Shown here one piece after another: positions 36,588 to 44,906 of a stretch of 64,000 nucleotides of DNA (the first letter of the stretch is position 1; every line of letters starts with the position of its first letter). Location: the NCBI GenBank assembly GCA_041658565.1, contig JBAZZY010000001.1, positions 279,405-343,404 on the forward strand, written 5' to 3'. The translations under genes were made by a program, and so were the position numbers. Under the pieces are notes generated by a model. It searched no databases and had not been told where the DNA came from. It was given only the letters and a program-made list of their open reading frames with translations. The stretch comes from Actinomycetota bacterium (GTDB lineage: Bacteria > Actinomycetota > AC-67).

Positions 36588-37466
36588 TTGACTCTCACGA
36601 AGGTACTCGGGCGCCATCGCTGGGAGTTCGCGCTCATCGGCATCAGCGCCGTCTGGGGCTCCACGTTCGTGCTCGTCAAGGACGCCGTCGAGCGGATCCC
36701 GCCGTTTCAGTACCTGGCCTTGCGATTCGCCTGCGCTACCGCGGCGCTGGCGATCTTCGGTGCTTTTCGCGGCCTGCGTCGGACCGAGGCGACTGCCGGT
36801 GTCGCAATCGGGATCGCGCTGTTTGGAGGCTACGCGCTTCAGACGGTCGGACTGCAGTACACGTCGGCATCCAACGCCGGCTTCATCACCGGACTGTTTG
36901 TCGTCATCACGCCACTACTCGGCGCAGTGATTCTGCGACGCTTGCCCTCGAAGGCATCCGCGGCAGGCGTCATTCTTGCGACCGCAGGCTTGGTGCTGCT
37001 TGCAATGCCGTCGGGGATGCGTCTCGGCGGCGGCGACGCGCTCGAAGTGCTGTGCGCGATCTCCTTCGCCGTCCACATCCTTCTCCTGGCACGCTTGGCC
37101 CCCGGACGGTCTGCGCTTCGAATTGCCGGAGTGCAGATCGCAACGACGGCCGCTGCATCCGCGATATGGAGCATCGGCGCGGAGCGCGCGCCCCTTCCCG
37201 GCGCCGACGGTACCGTCTGGTTCGCGATCGCTGCCACAGGCTTGCTCGCAAGCGCGCTCGGATTCGTGGTGCAAACGCGCGCCCAGCAGATCATCCCCCC
37301 GACACGCACGGCGGTGATTCTGACCGCGGAGCCGGTCTTTGCGGGAATCTTCGGATTCCTGATCGCCGGCGATCGCCTCGGAGTGCGCGGGTACGCGGGC
37401 GCCGCGCTCATCGTGCTCGGGATACTGGTCGCGGAGACTCTGGCTCCGCCTACAGAAGAAATCTAG
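36588..37466 (+). CDS. EamA/DMT-family transporter
   Basis: 10-TM profile with duplicated EamA halves (..IGISAVWGSTFVLVK.. , ..LTAEPVFAGIFGFL..). Confidence 0.8.
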   Translation: MTLTKVLGRHRWEFALIGISAVWGSTFVLVKDAVERIPPFQYLALRFACATAALAIFGAFRGLRRTEATAGVAIGIALFGGYALQTVGLQYTSASNAGFITGLFVVITPLLGAVILRRLPSKASAAGVILATAGLVLLAMPSGMRLGGGDALEVLCAISFAVHILLLARLAPGRSALRIAGVQIATTAAASAIWSIGAERAPLPGADGTVWFAIAATGLLASALGFVVQTRAQQIIPPTRTAVILTAEPVFAGIFGFLIAGDRLGVRGYAGAALIVLGILVAETLAPPTEEI

Positions 37467-37547
37467 GGAGTGGCGGCGAATCGACGCGCCGCGCGCTTGG
37501 TTCGCATGCCTGCGAACATCTGATACAGAACCAGTGCGATTCGCATG

Positions 37548-37820
37548 TCAATTGCTCCAGGTCGTGAGCGGACCGGCTTCCCAAGCAAACCCAACCTCGT
37601 AGAGCGCGGCGGCCACGAGCGGTCGCAAGTTGGCCAGCGGTGCTCCGTCTCCGGGGAGCGGGTACTCGCCGGAGTCCTGCACGGTCGTGTACCGCAGCCC
37701 CAGCGTGTCGATGCCGGCATAGGTGCCGGGCGTCGGTGCGTATGCTTTCCCGGTGTAACCGACGCGGCCCCAAAAGGCCTTCTCCCCTAACAGCCGCTCA
37801 CCGAATCTCATCTCACGCAC
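37548..37820 (-). CDS. hypothetical protein (90 aa)
   Basis: ORF with about 80% GC3, consistent with coding. No recognisable domain. Aromatic/Gly-rich. Confidence 0.3.
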   Translation of the reverse strand: MREMRFGERLLGEKAFWGRVGYTGKAYAPTPGTYAGIDTLGLRYTTVQDSGEYPLPGDGAPLANLRPLVAAALYEVGFAWEAGPLTTWSN

Positions 37821-37947
37821 CTCCGTCGCCCCTTACAACGAGTCTCTCGACCTCGGCGACGCGCGTTATGACCTCAGTCAAGGGTCATTTCCGCAGGTAG
37901 TCACACATGACTAGTCATTCGCGCACGCCGGGATGAGGCGGACGAAT

Positions 37948-37976
37948 GTTGACAGCACCTAAACCCGGCCCTACCA
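37948..37976 (+). promoter_or_regulatory. promoter TTGACA-N17-TACCAT driving the aromatic leader and DAHP synthase
   Basis: -35 TTGACA at 37948-37953 and -10 TACCAT at 37971-37976. Predicted TSS about 37983, 5 nt before the leader ATG (near-leaderless). Confidence 0.4.
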
Positions 37977-37987
37977 TCCTCCACGCG

Positions 37988-38047
37988 ATGCGCCGCTATT
38001 TTTGGTTCTATGGCACCTCCGGAACCCCGGGGGCCGGAGCCTGTTGA
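37988..38047 (+). CDS. attenuation leader peptide MRRYFWFYGTSGTPGAGAC (19 aa) with five consecutive aromatic codons
   Basis: Reads ATG CGC CGC TAT TTT TGG TTC TAT GGC ... TGT TGA. Tyr-Phe-Trp-Phe-Tyr at codons 4-8. Sits between the promoter and a terminator hairpin upstream of DAHP synthase. Too short for the ORF track. Confidence 0.5.
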   Translation: MRRYFWFYGTSGTPGAGAC

Positions 38048-38066
38048 GGCGAAGGCCGTAGAACCA

Positions 38067-38100
38067 GCCCCGGGTAGGAAACCCGGGGCGTTTTGCTTGT
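38067..38100 (+). terminator. intrinsic terminator / attenuator hairpin (8-bp GC stem, 7-nt loop, GUUUUGCUUGU tail)
   Basis: GCCCCGGG-uaggaaa-CCCGGGGC followed by a U-tract, 28 nt before the aroG-type gene start. Upstream CCCCGGGGG (38025-38033) can pair alternatively with the 5' arm as an antiterminator. Hairpin 1 spans 38016-38040. Confidence 0.6.
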
Positions 38101-38128
38101 AAGGGCCGGTCGAAATAAGGAGCACCAA

Positions 38129-39178
38129 ATGGTCGTAGTGATGAGTCCGAATGCGAGCGACGAAGATATCGCTCGGGTCGTGGAGATGATCGAGGACGCG
38201 AGCGGAGAAGCATTCGTGTCCCGCGGAAAGCACCGCACGATCATCGGTCTCGTCGGCGACAGCGAGCGCTTCATGGCACTCCCGATCCCTGGGATGCCCG
38301 GCGTAGAAAGCGTCGTCCGCATCGGCAAGCCTTACAAGCTCGTCGCTCGGGAATCGCGTCCCGAGCCCAGCGAGGTGGTAGTCGGGCCGATCACGATCGG
38401 TCGGAACTCATTCGCCGTCATCGCGGGACCGTGCGCGATCGAAACCGAAGACCAAGCCATGTCGGCCGCGCGCGCCGCGAAAGCTGCCGGGGCGCACATT
38501 CTCCGCGGCGACGCGTACAAGCACCGGACTTCGCCCTATGCATTCCAGGGCCTAGCGAAACGCGGGCTCGAGATCCTCGCGCACATGCGCGCGGAGACCG
38601 GAATGCCGGTAGTCACCGAAGTGCTGAACACCGCGGACGTGGAACTTGTCGCGAGCTACGCCGACATCATGCGCGTCGGCGCCCGCAATATGCAGAACTT
38701 CGAGCTACTGAAGGAAGTCGGCAAGATGCACAAGCCCGTGATGCTCAAGCGCGGTCTGGCGTCCACGATCGAAGAGTGGCTGATGGCTGCCGAGTACATC
38801 GCGAACGAGGGCAACGAGGAAATCATCTTGTGCGAACGTGGTATCCGCACCTACGAGCCGATGACGCGCAACACGCTCGACCTGTCTGCGGTTCCGCTCG
38901 TGCACGCGCTCTCGCACCTGCCCGTGATCGTCGACCCTTCGCATTCAACGGGGAAGCGCTCTCTGGTCGCCCCCATGGCGCGCGCCGCGGTGGCCTGCGG
39001 CGCCGACGGGATCATGGTCGACGTGCACCCCAAGCCTGAAACCGCACTCTGCGACGGCCCTCAAGCTCTGACGACCGAAGAGATCGCAGAACTTGTCGCC
39101 GATTTGGTGGGAATCGCCCGCGCCGTCGGGCGGCCGATGGCCAACCCACGCCAGACGCTGACCGCCGCCGGCGAGTAG
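38129..39178 (+). CDS. 3-deoxy-7-phosphoheptulonate (DAHP) synthase, type I-beta with N-terminal regulatory domain
   Basis: AAGGAG RBS 7 nt upstream. KDO8PS/DAHPS-I-beta core ..AGPCAIE.. , ..[17 protein letters not shown].. , ..[12 protein letters not shown].. , ..KRG.. , ..IVDPSHSTG... About 70-aa ferredoxin-like N-terminal extension. Confidence 0.9.
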   Translation: MVVVMSPNASDEDIARVVEMIEDASGEAFVSRGKHRTIIGLVGDSERFMALPIPGMPGVESVVRIGKPYKLVARESRPEPSEVVVGPITIGRNSFAVIAGPCAIETEDQAMSAARAAKAAGAHILRGDAYKHRTSPYAFQGLAKRGLEILAHMRAETGMPVVTEVLNTADVELVASYADIMRVGARNMQNFELLKEVGKMHKPVMLKRGLASTIEEWLMAAEYIANEGNEEIILCERGIRTYEPMTRNTLDLSAVPLVHALSHLPVIVDPSHSTGKRSLVAPMARAAVACGADGIMVDVHPKPETALCDGPQALTTEEIAELVADLVGIARAVGRPMANPRQTLTAAGE

Positions 39179-40210
39179 CTAGACCAGATCCCTCCAGGCA
39201 TCGAGCGCGCGCTCGATGCCTGCGGTGTCCACGTCTTTGTGCGTGACGCAACGAATCCGGCGCGCGCCCATCGCCCCGACCAGGATGCCGCGCGCGCGCA
39301 GTTCGTCCGCGACGATCTCCGCGTCGCGCGCGCCGGTATCGACGTAAACGATGTTGGTCTCCACCAACATCGGATCCACCGCACCGGGCCGGATTTCCGC
39401 GAGACCCTCGGCGAGGCGGCGCGCGTTCGCGTGATCGTCGGCGAGGCGATCCACCATCGTGTCCACAGCGACGCGCGCGGCTGCACACAGCACTCCGACC
39501 TGACGCATGCCCCCGCCGAGCATCTTGCGCGTGCGGCGTGCGCGATCCACGACATCGGCCGCACCGAGCACCATCGATCCGACCGGCGCTCCGAGCCCCT
39601 TGGAGAAGCAAAAGGACAACGTATCAACCTCGGCCGCATACACATGGACCGGGACGCCGGAAGCAACGCTCGCGTTGAAGATGCGCGCACCGTCAAGGTG
39701 CACAGACACGCCGCTTTCCCGCGCCAGGCGGGCTGTCGCGCGAAACGCCTCGATAGGCACCACCGCGCCTCCCGAAGCCTGATGCGTGTTCTCCAGACAC
39801 AGCAGCGCAGTGTGCGTGAAGAACCGGCTCGGGGCCCGAATCGCCCCGCGCAACCGCTCCTCGTCGAACACTCCTCGATTCGAAGTCAATGATCGCAGCA
39901 TGACTTGCGAGATCATGGCCGGGGCGCCGACTTCAGCGTCGAGAACGTGCGCCGCCTCGTCGACGATCACTTCATCGCCGGGGCTCGTCAACGCCTTGAC
40001 GCACACCTCGTTGCCCATCGATCCGGATGGAACGAACAGCCCTGCTTCCTTGCCGAACATGCGCGCACAGTGCTCTTGAAGGGCGTTCGCCGTCGGGTCC
40101 TCTCCCCACACGTCGTCGCCGACCTCAGCCTCAGCCATCGCGCGGCGCATCTGGGGAGTGGGCGTCGTGAACGTGTCGCTGCGAAGCTCAACGATGCGGT
40201 CGTTCGTCAT
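39179..40210 (-). CDS. ltaE: low-specificity L-threonine aldolase
   Basis: ..[18 protein letters not shown].. N-terminus and PLP-fold motifs typical of threonine aldolase. Convergent with and adjacent to the DAHP synthase stop. Confidence 0.85.
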   Translation of the reverse strand: MTNDRIVELRSDTFTTPTPQMRRAMAEAEVGDDVWGEDPTANALQEHCARMFGKEAGLFVPSGSMGNEVCVKALTSPGDEVIVDEAAHVLDAEVGAPAMISQVMLRSLTSNRGVFDEERLRGAIRAPSRFFTHTALLCLENTHQASGGAVVPIEAFRATARLARESGVSVHLDGARIFNASVASGVPVHVYAAEVDTLSFCFSKGLGAPVGSMVLGAADVVDRARRTRKMLGGGMRQVGVLCAAARVAVDTMVDRLADDHANARRLAEGLAEIRPGAVDPMLVETNIVYVDTGARDAEIVADELRARGILVGAMGARRIRCVTHKDVDTAGIERALDAWRDLV

Positions 40211-40252
40211 GGCCGCGAGCCTACCATCGGCGCGAAACCGTGCTCACCCGGG

Positions 40253-40801
40253 TCAGTCGACACGCGAACGTCGTAAGCCCGCGAACCCGGCCGACGCAGC
40301 CGCCAGCAGAGCCACCGCGATCGAGATCGGGCCGGCGCGAGACTCTCCCGCCGGCAGTTCTGTCGCCACAAGTTCGGCTCGCCCAGACCCGTCGAATACC
40401 GCCACCGGACGGAACTTGCCTGCGCGCGCAAGAACGTCGGCGTCGTTGCTGGTCCCGAAGCACAGGCTCGTTGCCAGAGCAGTCCGCTGCAAGCGGGCGA
40501 ACACCGTGTAGCTGTTGCCCGGCAAGAACTCGACTGCGCACCCGCTCCCCTCTACTTCGGCGACCCGAATCGCCTCCGCGACGCGCCCCTTGTACACGCT
40601 CCGCACCGCAAACGTCGCGAGCGAGCGCGTGCCGGAGTCCTCAACCGCCGTCACCGATCCCACAAACACGCTGTCGGCCTCGGCGAACTGCTCGTCGACG
40701 GTGGCTTTGACGCACGTACACGCCCACGACGAAGGCGCGCGCGCAACCGGGGCAATCCATGAGATCGCCACCATGGTAAGAAGAACAAGGGCTCGTCGCA
40801 T
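40253..40801 (-). CDS. secreted TIMP/NTR-like (netrin-like) domain protein with C-terminal hydrophobic anchor
   Basis: Signal peptide [27 protein letters not shown], then mature N-terminal [21 protein letters not shown], paralleling the TIMP C-x-C..AFCNADVVIRAK pattern. C-terminal [22 protein letters not shown]. Confidence 0.5.
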   Translation of the reverse strand: MRRALVLLTMVAISWIAPVARAPSSWACTCVKATVDEQFAEADSVFVGSVTAVEDSGTRSLATFAVRSVYKGRVAEAIRVAEVEGSGCAVEFLPGNSYTVFARLQRTALATSLCFGTSNDADVLARAGKFRPVAVFDGSGRAELVATELPAGESRAGPISIAVALLAAASAGFAGLRRSRVD

Positions 40802-41988
40802 CAGCCCCCAAGGTTCTCCATCAATCGGCGAACCTCCTCCCGCCCGTACCCGAGCTCTCGCAGCACCTCATCGTCATGCTGGCCGAGCATCGGCGGCGGA
40901 CGACGGGTGGAGGCGGGCGTTCGGTCCAAGTCGATCGGTGAACGCACCAGCCGGACCAGACCAGCGGTCGGGTGATCGATTTCCTCCACCATCTCCAGAG
41001 CCAGGACCTGCGGATCGGCGAACACCTCCGCAATGGAGTTGATAGGACCGCAGGGAACCTCGGCGGCCGTCAGCGCGCGCATCCAGTCCTCGCGGGAGCG
41101 CGCCGCGAACACATCGTCCAGCAGCGCGGTCAACGCCGACCGGTTGACGACCCTTTCAGCGTTGCTTGCAAAACGGGGATCTGCCGCAAGATCCTCACGT
41201 TCAATCGCCCGACAGAATCGCAACCAGATGGCCTCGTTCGCAACCGCCAGCACCAGTGGAGCGTCGACGGCGTCAAAAACCTGGTACGGAACGATGTTCG
41301 GATGTGCGTTTCCCAGGCGGACCGGCTCGAGCCCGCCGACGAGGTAGTTCGATGCTTGGTTCGCCAACCACGCCACCTGCGAGCCCAGCAGCGAAACATG
41401 AACCCGCTGCCCCTCTCCCGTCTGATCCCGATGACGAAGTGCCGCAAGGATGCCGACGGCGCAGTACAGGCCGGCGGTGACGTCGCTGATGGCCACGCCT
41501 ACCTTTTGTGGATCCCGATCGGGTTCTCCGGTGATGCTCATGACTCCGCCGCGTCCTTGCACGACGAAGTCGTACCCGGGGTCGTCGCGCGCAGGCCCCG
41601 AAAGGCCGTACCCCGTGATGGACGCGTACACGACCCCCGGATTGAGGCTACGGCACGCCTGCTCGCCCAAGCCGAGACGGTCCATCGTCCCGGGGCGGAA
41701 GTTCTCGATCACGACGTCGGCGCGCGCGACAAGCCGCTCCGCAACACCTCGATGATCGGCGCGACCCAGATCAAGAGCGATGGAACGCTTGTTGCGATTT
41801 GTACCCAGAAAATACGCACTCTCGCCACCGGCGAAGGGCGGCCCCCACCCACGCGTCTCGTCCCCGGCCCCAGGCCGCTCGATCTTGACGACGTCGGCGC
41901 CAAGATCGCCGAGCGTCATCGTGCACCACGGCCCCGACAGAACGCGCGAGAAGTCGGCGACCCGAACGCCTTCAAGTGGGCCCGCCAT
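40801..41988 (-). CDS. CoA-transferase family III (CaiB/BaiF/Frc-like)
   Basis: ..LEGVRVADFSRVLSGPWCTMTLGDLGADVVKIERPGAGDETRGWGPPF.. . Start ATG 41988 overlaps the stop of the upstream TPP enzyme (TGATG); the track ORF is over-extended. Confidence 0.85.
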   Translation of the reverse strand: MAGPLEGVRVADFSRVLSGPWCTMTLGDLGADVVKIERPGAGDETRGWGPPFAGGESAYFLGTNRNKRSIALDLGRADHRGVAERLVARADVVIENFRPGTMDRLGLGEQACRSLNPGVVYASITGYGLSGPARDDPGYDFVVQGRGGVMSITGEPDRDPQKVGVAISDVTAGLYCAVGILAALRHRDQTGEGQRVHVSLLGSQVAWLANQASNYLVGGLEPVRLGNAHPNIVPYQVFDAVDAPLVLAVANEAIWLRFCRAIEREDLAADPRFASNAERVVNRSALTALLDDVFAARSREDWMRALTAAEVPCGPINSIAEVFADPQVLALEMVEEIDHPTAGLVRLVRSPIDLDRTPASTRRPPPMLGQHDDEVLRELGYGREEVRRLMENLGG

Positions 41989-43796
41989 CAGGGGCGCGCC
42001 TCCTTCCGACCGCGCAGCGGCCAGCGAGGCGATGTCGTAGCCGGTGGAGGAAACGACGTGCGCAACTCGACGAGCGCCGGTCCGTCCTGCGACAGCGCCC
42101 ATCGGAGGGCGCCGGCGAGATCTCGCCGGCCGCACCGCTTAGCGGGAACGCCGAACGATTCGGCCATCGCAACCAAATCCGGAGTCCGCAGGTCGGTTGC
42201 GAACGTGTCGCCGAAGCGCTCCTTCTCGTCAAAGCGAAGCATCCCGTACCCCTCGTCGTTTACTACCAGTACGGCAATCGGGAGCCCCTCCTGGACGGCG
42301 GTGGCGAGTTCCCCAACCCCAAATAGCAGTCCGGCGTCACCGCACACAACCAGCGTACGTCGGCCCTTCACGGCCGCGCCGACTGCAGCGGGCAAAGCGA
42401 ATCCGAGCGTTCCCCAGCCGACCGGATAGGCCAGACAGCGCGGTCCGGCAACCGGCGCGTACCCCGCGTACCAGTATCCGGCTACACACATGTCGGCGAG
42501 AACGAATGCGTCGGCAGGGAGCGTGGCCGAGACCGTCATGACGAACCGGTACGCCGGGCTCGTCACCGGATCTGCGCGCAAGGCGGAGTTCGCCTCTTCC
42601 CGCGCGCGCTCTGCTCGGCGCGCACCGTTGCGCCTGCGACGAGTGGGCGGAAGCGCTTCGAGTAACACCTCGAGAGCCGGACGCGCGCCGGCATCCACGA
42701 CGACATCGGCTGCGTAGTTGCGGCGTGCGTCCTCGGCGACGGCGTTGACGGACACGCGCGGTCGCGGAAGCCGCAACCTCCACCCTTGAGTGTCCATCGA
42801 GTCCAGATCGCTCCCGACGATCAACATCGCATCCGACGAACCGATGAGCTTGGTGACTGCGGGTTCATGCGGCGGAAACACGACGGACAGCGGATGTCCG
42901 GGAGCGAGCACGCCTTTGCCCGAATACGTCGTCACGACCGGCGCATCGAGAGCCTCCGCCACCCGACGCAGCGCATCCTGCGCGTCGCCCGTGTTCGCTC
43001 CGCCCCCGGCCCACACGACCGGGTTGCGCGCCGCGCCGAGAACAGCCGCCGCGCGCGCAATTTGATCGGCATCGGGAGGAGAAATCCGGCCGATGACCGG
43101 CGGCCGCGCATCCCAACGGACGCTCGCCTCAAGGAAATCGTGCGGGATCTCGAGAAACACCGGACCTCCGCGTCCGGAACCGGCCTCGATCGCCGCGCGC
43201 GCCACCATGCTCGGGATCGCCTCGGCGCGCGCCACCGTTGCGGCCCAAACCGACACTGCCTCCATCAGCGCACGCTGGTTCGGGCTCTCGTGCAAAGATC
43301 CTCGTCCGCCACGTCCCGCAAGCAAGCGACTCTCGATCTGAGTCGCCAAGTGCAGCAGGCGCGAGCGCGAAGCAAGAGCCTCTCCCATCGCGGCCGCCGT
43401 GTTCGCCGCGCCAGGTCCCGTCGTCGTGACCGCCACACCTAGACGCCCGGTCGCCCGGTAGTAGCCATCGGCCGCGTAGACGGCGGTCTGCTCGTGCCGC
43501 ACGATGAGCGTGCGAATCGCCGATCTGCGCAGCGCTTCGAAGATGGCCAGGTTATGCACGCCCGGGATGCCGAAGACCACATCAACGCCGAGGACCTCCA
43601 GTTGGCGGACGAGGGCCTCCGCTCCGGTCGAGGAGTGGGACTCGGTCGAGCGGCCCGCGCCGGAACGGGCGCCCGGGTCTCGCGCGCCGGGTCGGTTGCT
43701 CCGCCCTCGGGCCACTCCGATGGCAGGATACCCCAGCGCCCAAGTTCGCCAAACCCCGCGACCCCACGCGCTCGGCATGCCTCCGAAGCGGGGCAA
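41988..43796 (-). CDS. thiamine-pyrophosphate-dependent enzyme (acetolactate synthase / oxalyl-CoA decarboxylase / 2-hydroxyacyl-CoA lyase superfamily)
   Basis: N-terminal TPP-enzyme Pyr domain ..TGAEALVRQLEVLGVDVVFGIPGVHNLAIFEAL..RHEQTAVYAADGYYRATG... C-terminal TPP-binding GDG..N motif region. Start unresolved: no ATG/GTG/TTG within 25 codons upstream of the conserved N-terminus; the track start gives a 56-aa extension. Confidence 0.75.
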   Translation of the reverse strand: MPRFGGMPSAWGRGVWRTWALGYPAIGVARGRSNRPGARDPGARSGAGRSTESHSSTGAEALVRQLEVLGVDVVFGIPGVHNLAIFEALRRSAIRTLIVRHEQTAVYAADGYYRATGRLGVAVTTTGPGAANTAAAMGEALASRSRLLHLATQIESRLLAGRGGRGSLHESPNQRALMEAVSVWAATVARAEAIPSMVARAAIEAGSGRGGPVFLEIPHDFLEASVRWDARPPVIGRISPPDADQIARAAAVLGAARNPVVWAGGGANTGDAQDALRRVAEALDAPVVTTYSGKGVLAPGHPLSVVFPPHEPAVTKLIGSSDAMLIVGSDLDSMDTQGWRLRLPRPRVSVNAVAEDARRNYAADVVVDAGARPALEVLLEALPPTRRRRNGARRAERAREEANSALRADPVTSPAYRFVMTVSATLPADAFVLADMCVAGYWYAGYAPVAGPRCLAYPVGWGTLGFALPAAVGAAVKGRRTLVVCGDAGLLFGVGELATAVQEGLPIAVLVVNDEGYGMLRFDEKERFGDTFATDLRTPDLVAMAESFGVPAKRCGRRDLAGALRWALSQDGPALVELRTSFPPPATTSPRWPLRGRKEARP

Positions 43797-43900
43797 ACCG
43801 CCCTTAATCCCCTTAGTGGGCCAGGGTGTTTTCTGCGGAGACGCGAATCACGCCGGGCGGCTCACTCGTTCTGCATGGTAACGACACGAGGGAGTGGACC

Positions 43901-44812
43901 ATGAAGAGAATCTCGATCCGCACGCTGGCGATTTCGCTGGCAATGGCGGCCGGCCTCCTTGCAGCCTCCCCGGCATTCAGCGCCTCCACCCCGGGGTCGG
44001 TTGCGATTCAGTCACCTGCCTCCGGCGACGCCACAAGCCAAACCGTAACGGTTCGGTGGGCATGGCGCAGCGGGAAGTCGGTAACGTCAACCTCTCGCGT
44101 CGACGTTCAAGCAACGATTAACGGGGTCTTCTGGAACACGATCGCGCCAAACGTTCCCATCCGAAACGGCAGCGTGGATTGGGATACTCGCGGCTGGCCG
44201 GATTTCCCCTATGGCCTGCGGATAGCCGTTCGGAACACCACAGTGAAGAGCCCGGTCGTGAGCCCGATCATCGTGGATAACACCGCCCCCTCGGTAGCCA
44301 TCACCCGTCCGAGAGAAGGCGACGTCATCGTCGACGACGAGACCGTTGCGTCGTTCGCGGTCGTAGCCGGCTCGGCAACGCTCGAAGCTCAAGCTCAGGA
44401 CAGCTTGTCCGGTGTTGAGGTCGTCGAGTGGATGCTTGACGAGAACTCCATCGGCCAGGGGTCGTCTCTGCCCTATGACTTCAGCGTCACGCCGGGGCAG
44501 CACACGCTGACTGCCCTCGCAACCGACCGAGCAGGAAACTCAGCTTCGACCTCGATCTCGATTCTTGTGTTGCCCGGACTTGGAGCACTTGATCCGATCA
44601 CGGGACTGCTCCCGAGCGATCAGCCGTCCCCGAACCCCGGCGAGTTCCCGGCGCCTTTGCCGAGTGACGTTCCGTCACCGGGCGAGGACCCGGTGCCTTT
44701 GCCGAGCGACGTTCCGTCACCGGACGAGGACCCAGCGCCTTTGCCGAGCGACGTTCCGTCACCGGACGAGGACCCAGCGCCTTTGCCGAGCGACATTCCG
44801 CTACCGCTCTAA
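43901..44812 (+). CDS. secreted Ig-like (Big-type) domain protein with acidic Pro-rich C-terminal tandem repeats
   Basis: GGGAG RBS. Signal peptide MKRISIRTLAISLAMAAGLLAASPAFSAS. Beta-rich middle (..VDNTAPSVAITRP.. resembles Big/Ig-like domains). C-terminal (A/V)PLPSDVPSP(D/G)EDP x3.5. Track ORF over-extended upstream. Confidence 0.6.
   Translation: MKRISIRTLAISLAMAAGLLAASPAFSASTPGSVAIQSPASGDATSQTVTVRWAWRSGKSVTSTSRVDVQATINGVFWNTIAPNVPIRNGSVDWDTRGWPDFPYGLRIAVRNTTVKSPVVSPIIVDNTAPSVAITRPREGDVIVDDETVASFAVVAGSATLEAQAQDSLSGVEVVEWMLDENSIGQGSSLPYDFSVTPGQHTLTALATDRAGNSASTSISILVLPGLGALDPITGLLPSDQPSPNPGEFPAPLPSDVPSPGEDPVPLPSDVPSPDEDPAPLPSDVPSPDEDPAPLPSDIPLPL
44651..44809 (+). repeat. 42-nt coding tandem repeat x3.5 (gcctttgccgagcgacgttccgtcaccggacgaggacccagc)
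   Basis: Near-identical consecutive 42-nt units visible directly in the sequence. They encode the PLPSDVPSPDEDPA repeats. Confidence 0.7.
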
Positions 44813-44827
44813 TCCGAAGCCTGCTCC

Positions 44828-44858
44828 AAAGAACGCGCCCCAAGTGGGCGCGTTCTTT
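44828..44858 (+). terminator. intrinsic terminator (13-bp stem AAAGAACGCGCCC-caagt-GGGCGCGTTCTTT, then GTTCCGCGTTTATTG)
   Basis: Perfect inverted repeat immediately after the secreted-protein stop. A-tract/T-tract flanks suggest a bidirectional terminator. Confidence 0.6.
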
Positions 44859-44906
44859 GTTCCGCGTTTATTGCGTGCGGCCCGACCCTCGGGCAGGCTA
44901 GTCCCC

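Noticed and set aside
37548-37820. Whether the 90-aa ORF is a regulator for the adjacent palindromes
   Set aside because: No HTH or other DNA-binding signature is visible. Kept only as a low-confidence hypothetical CDS.
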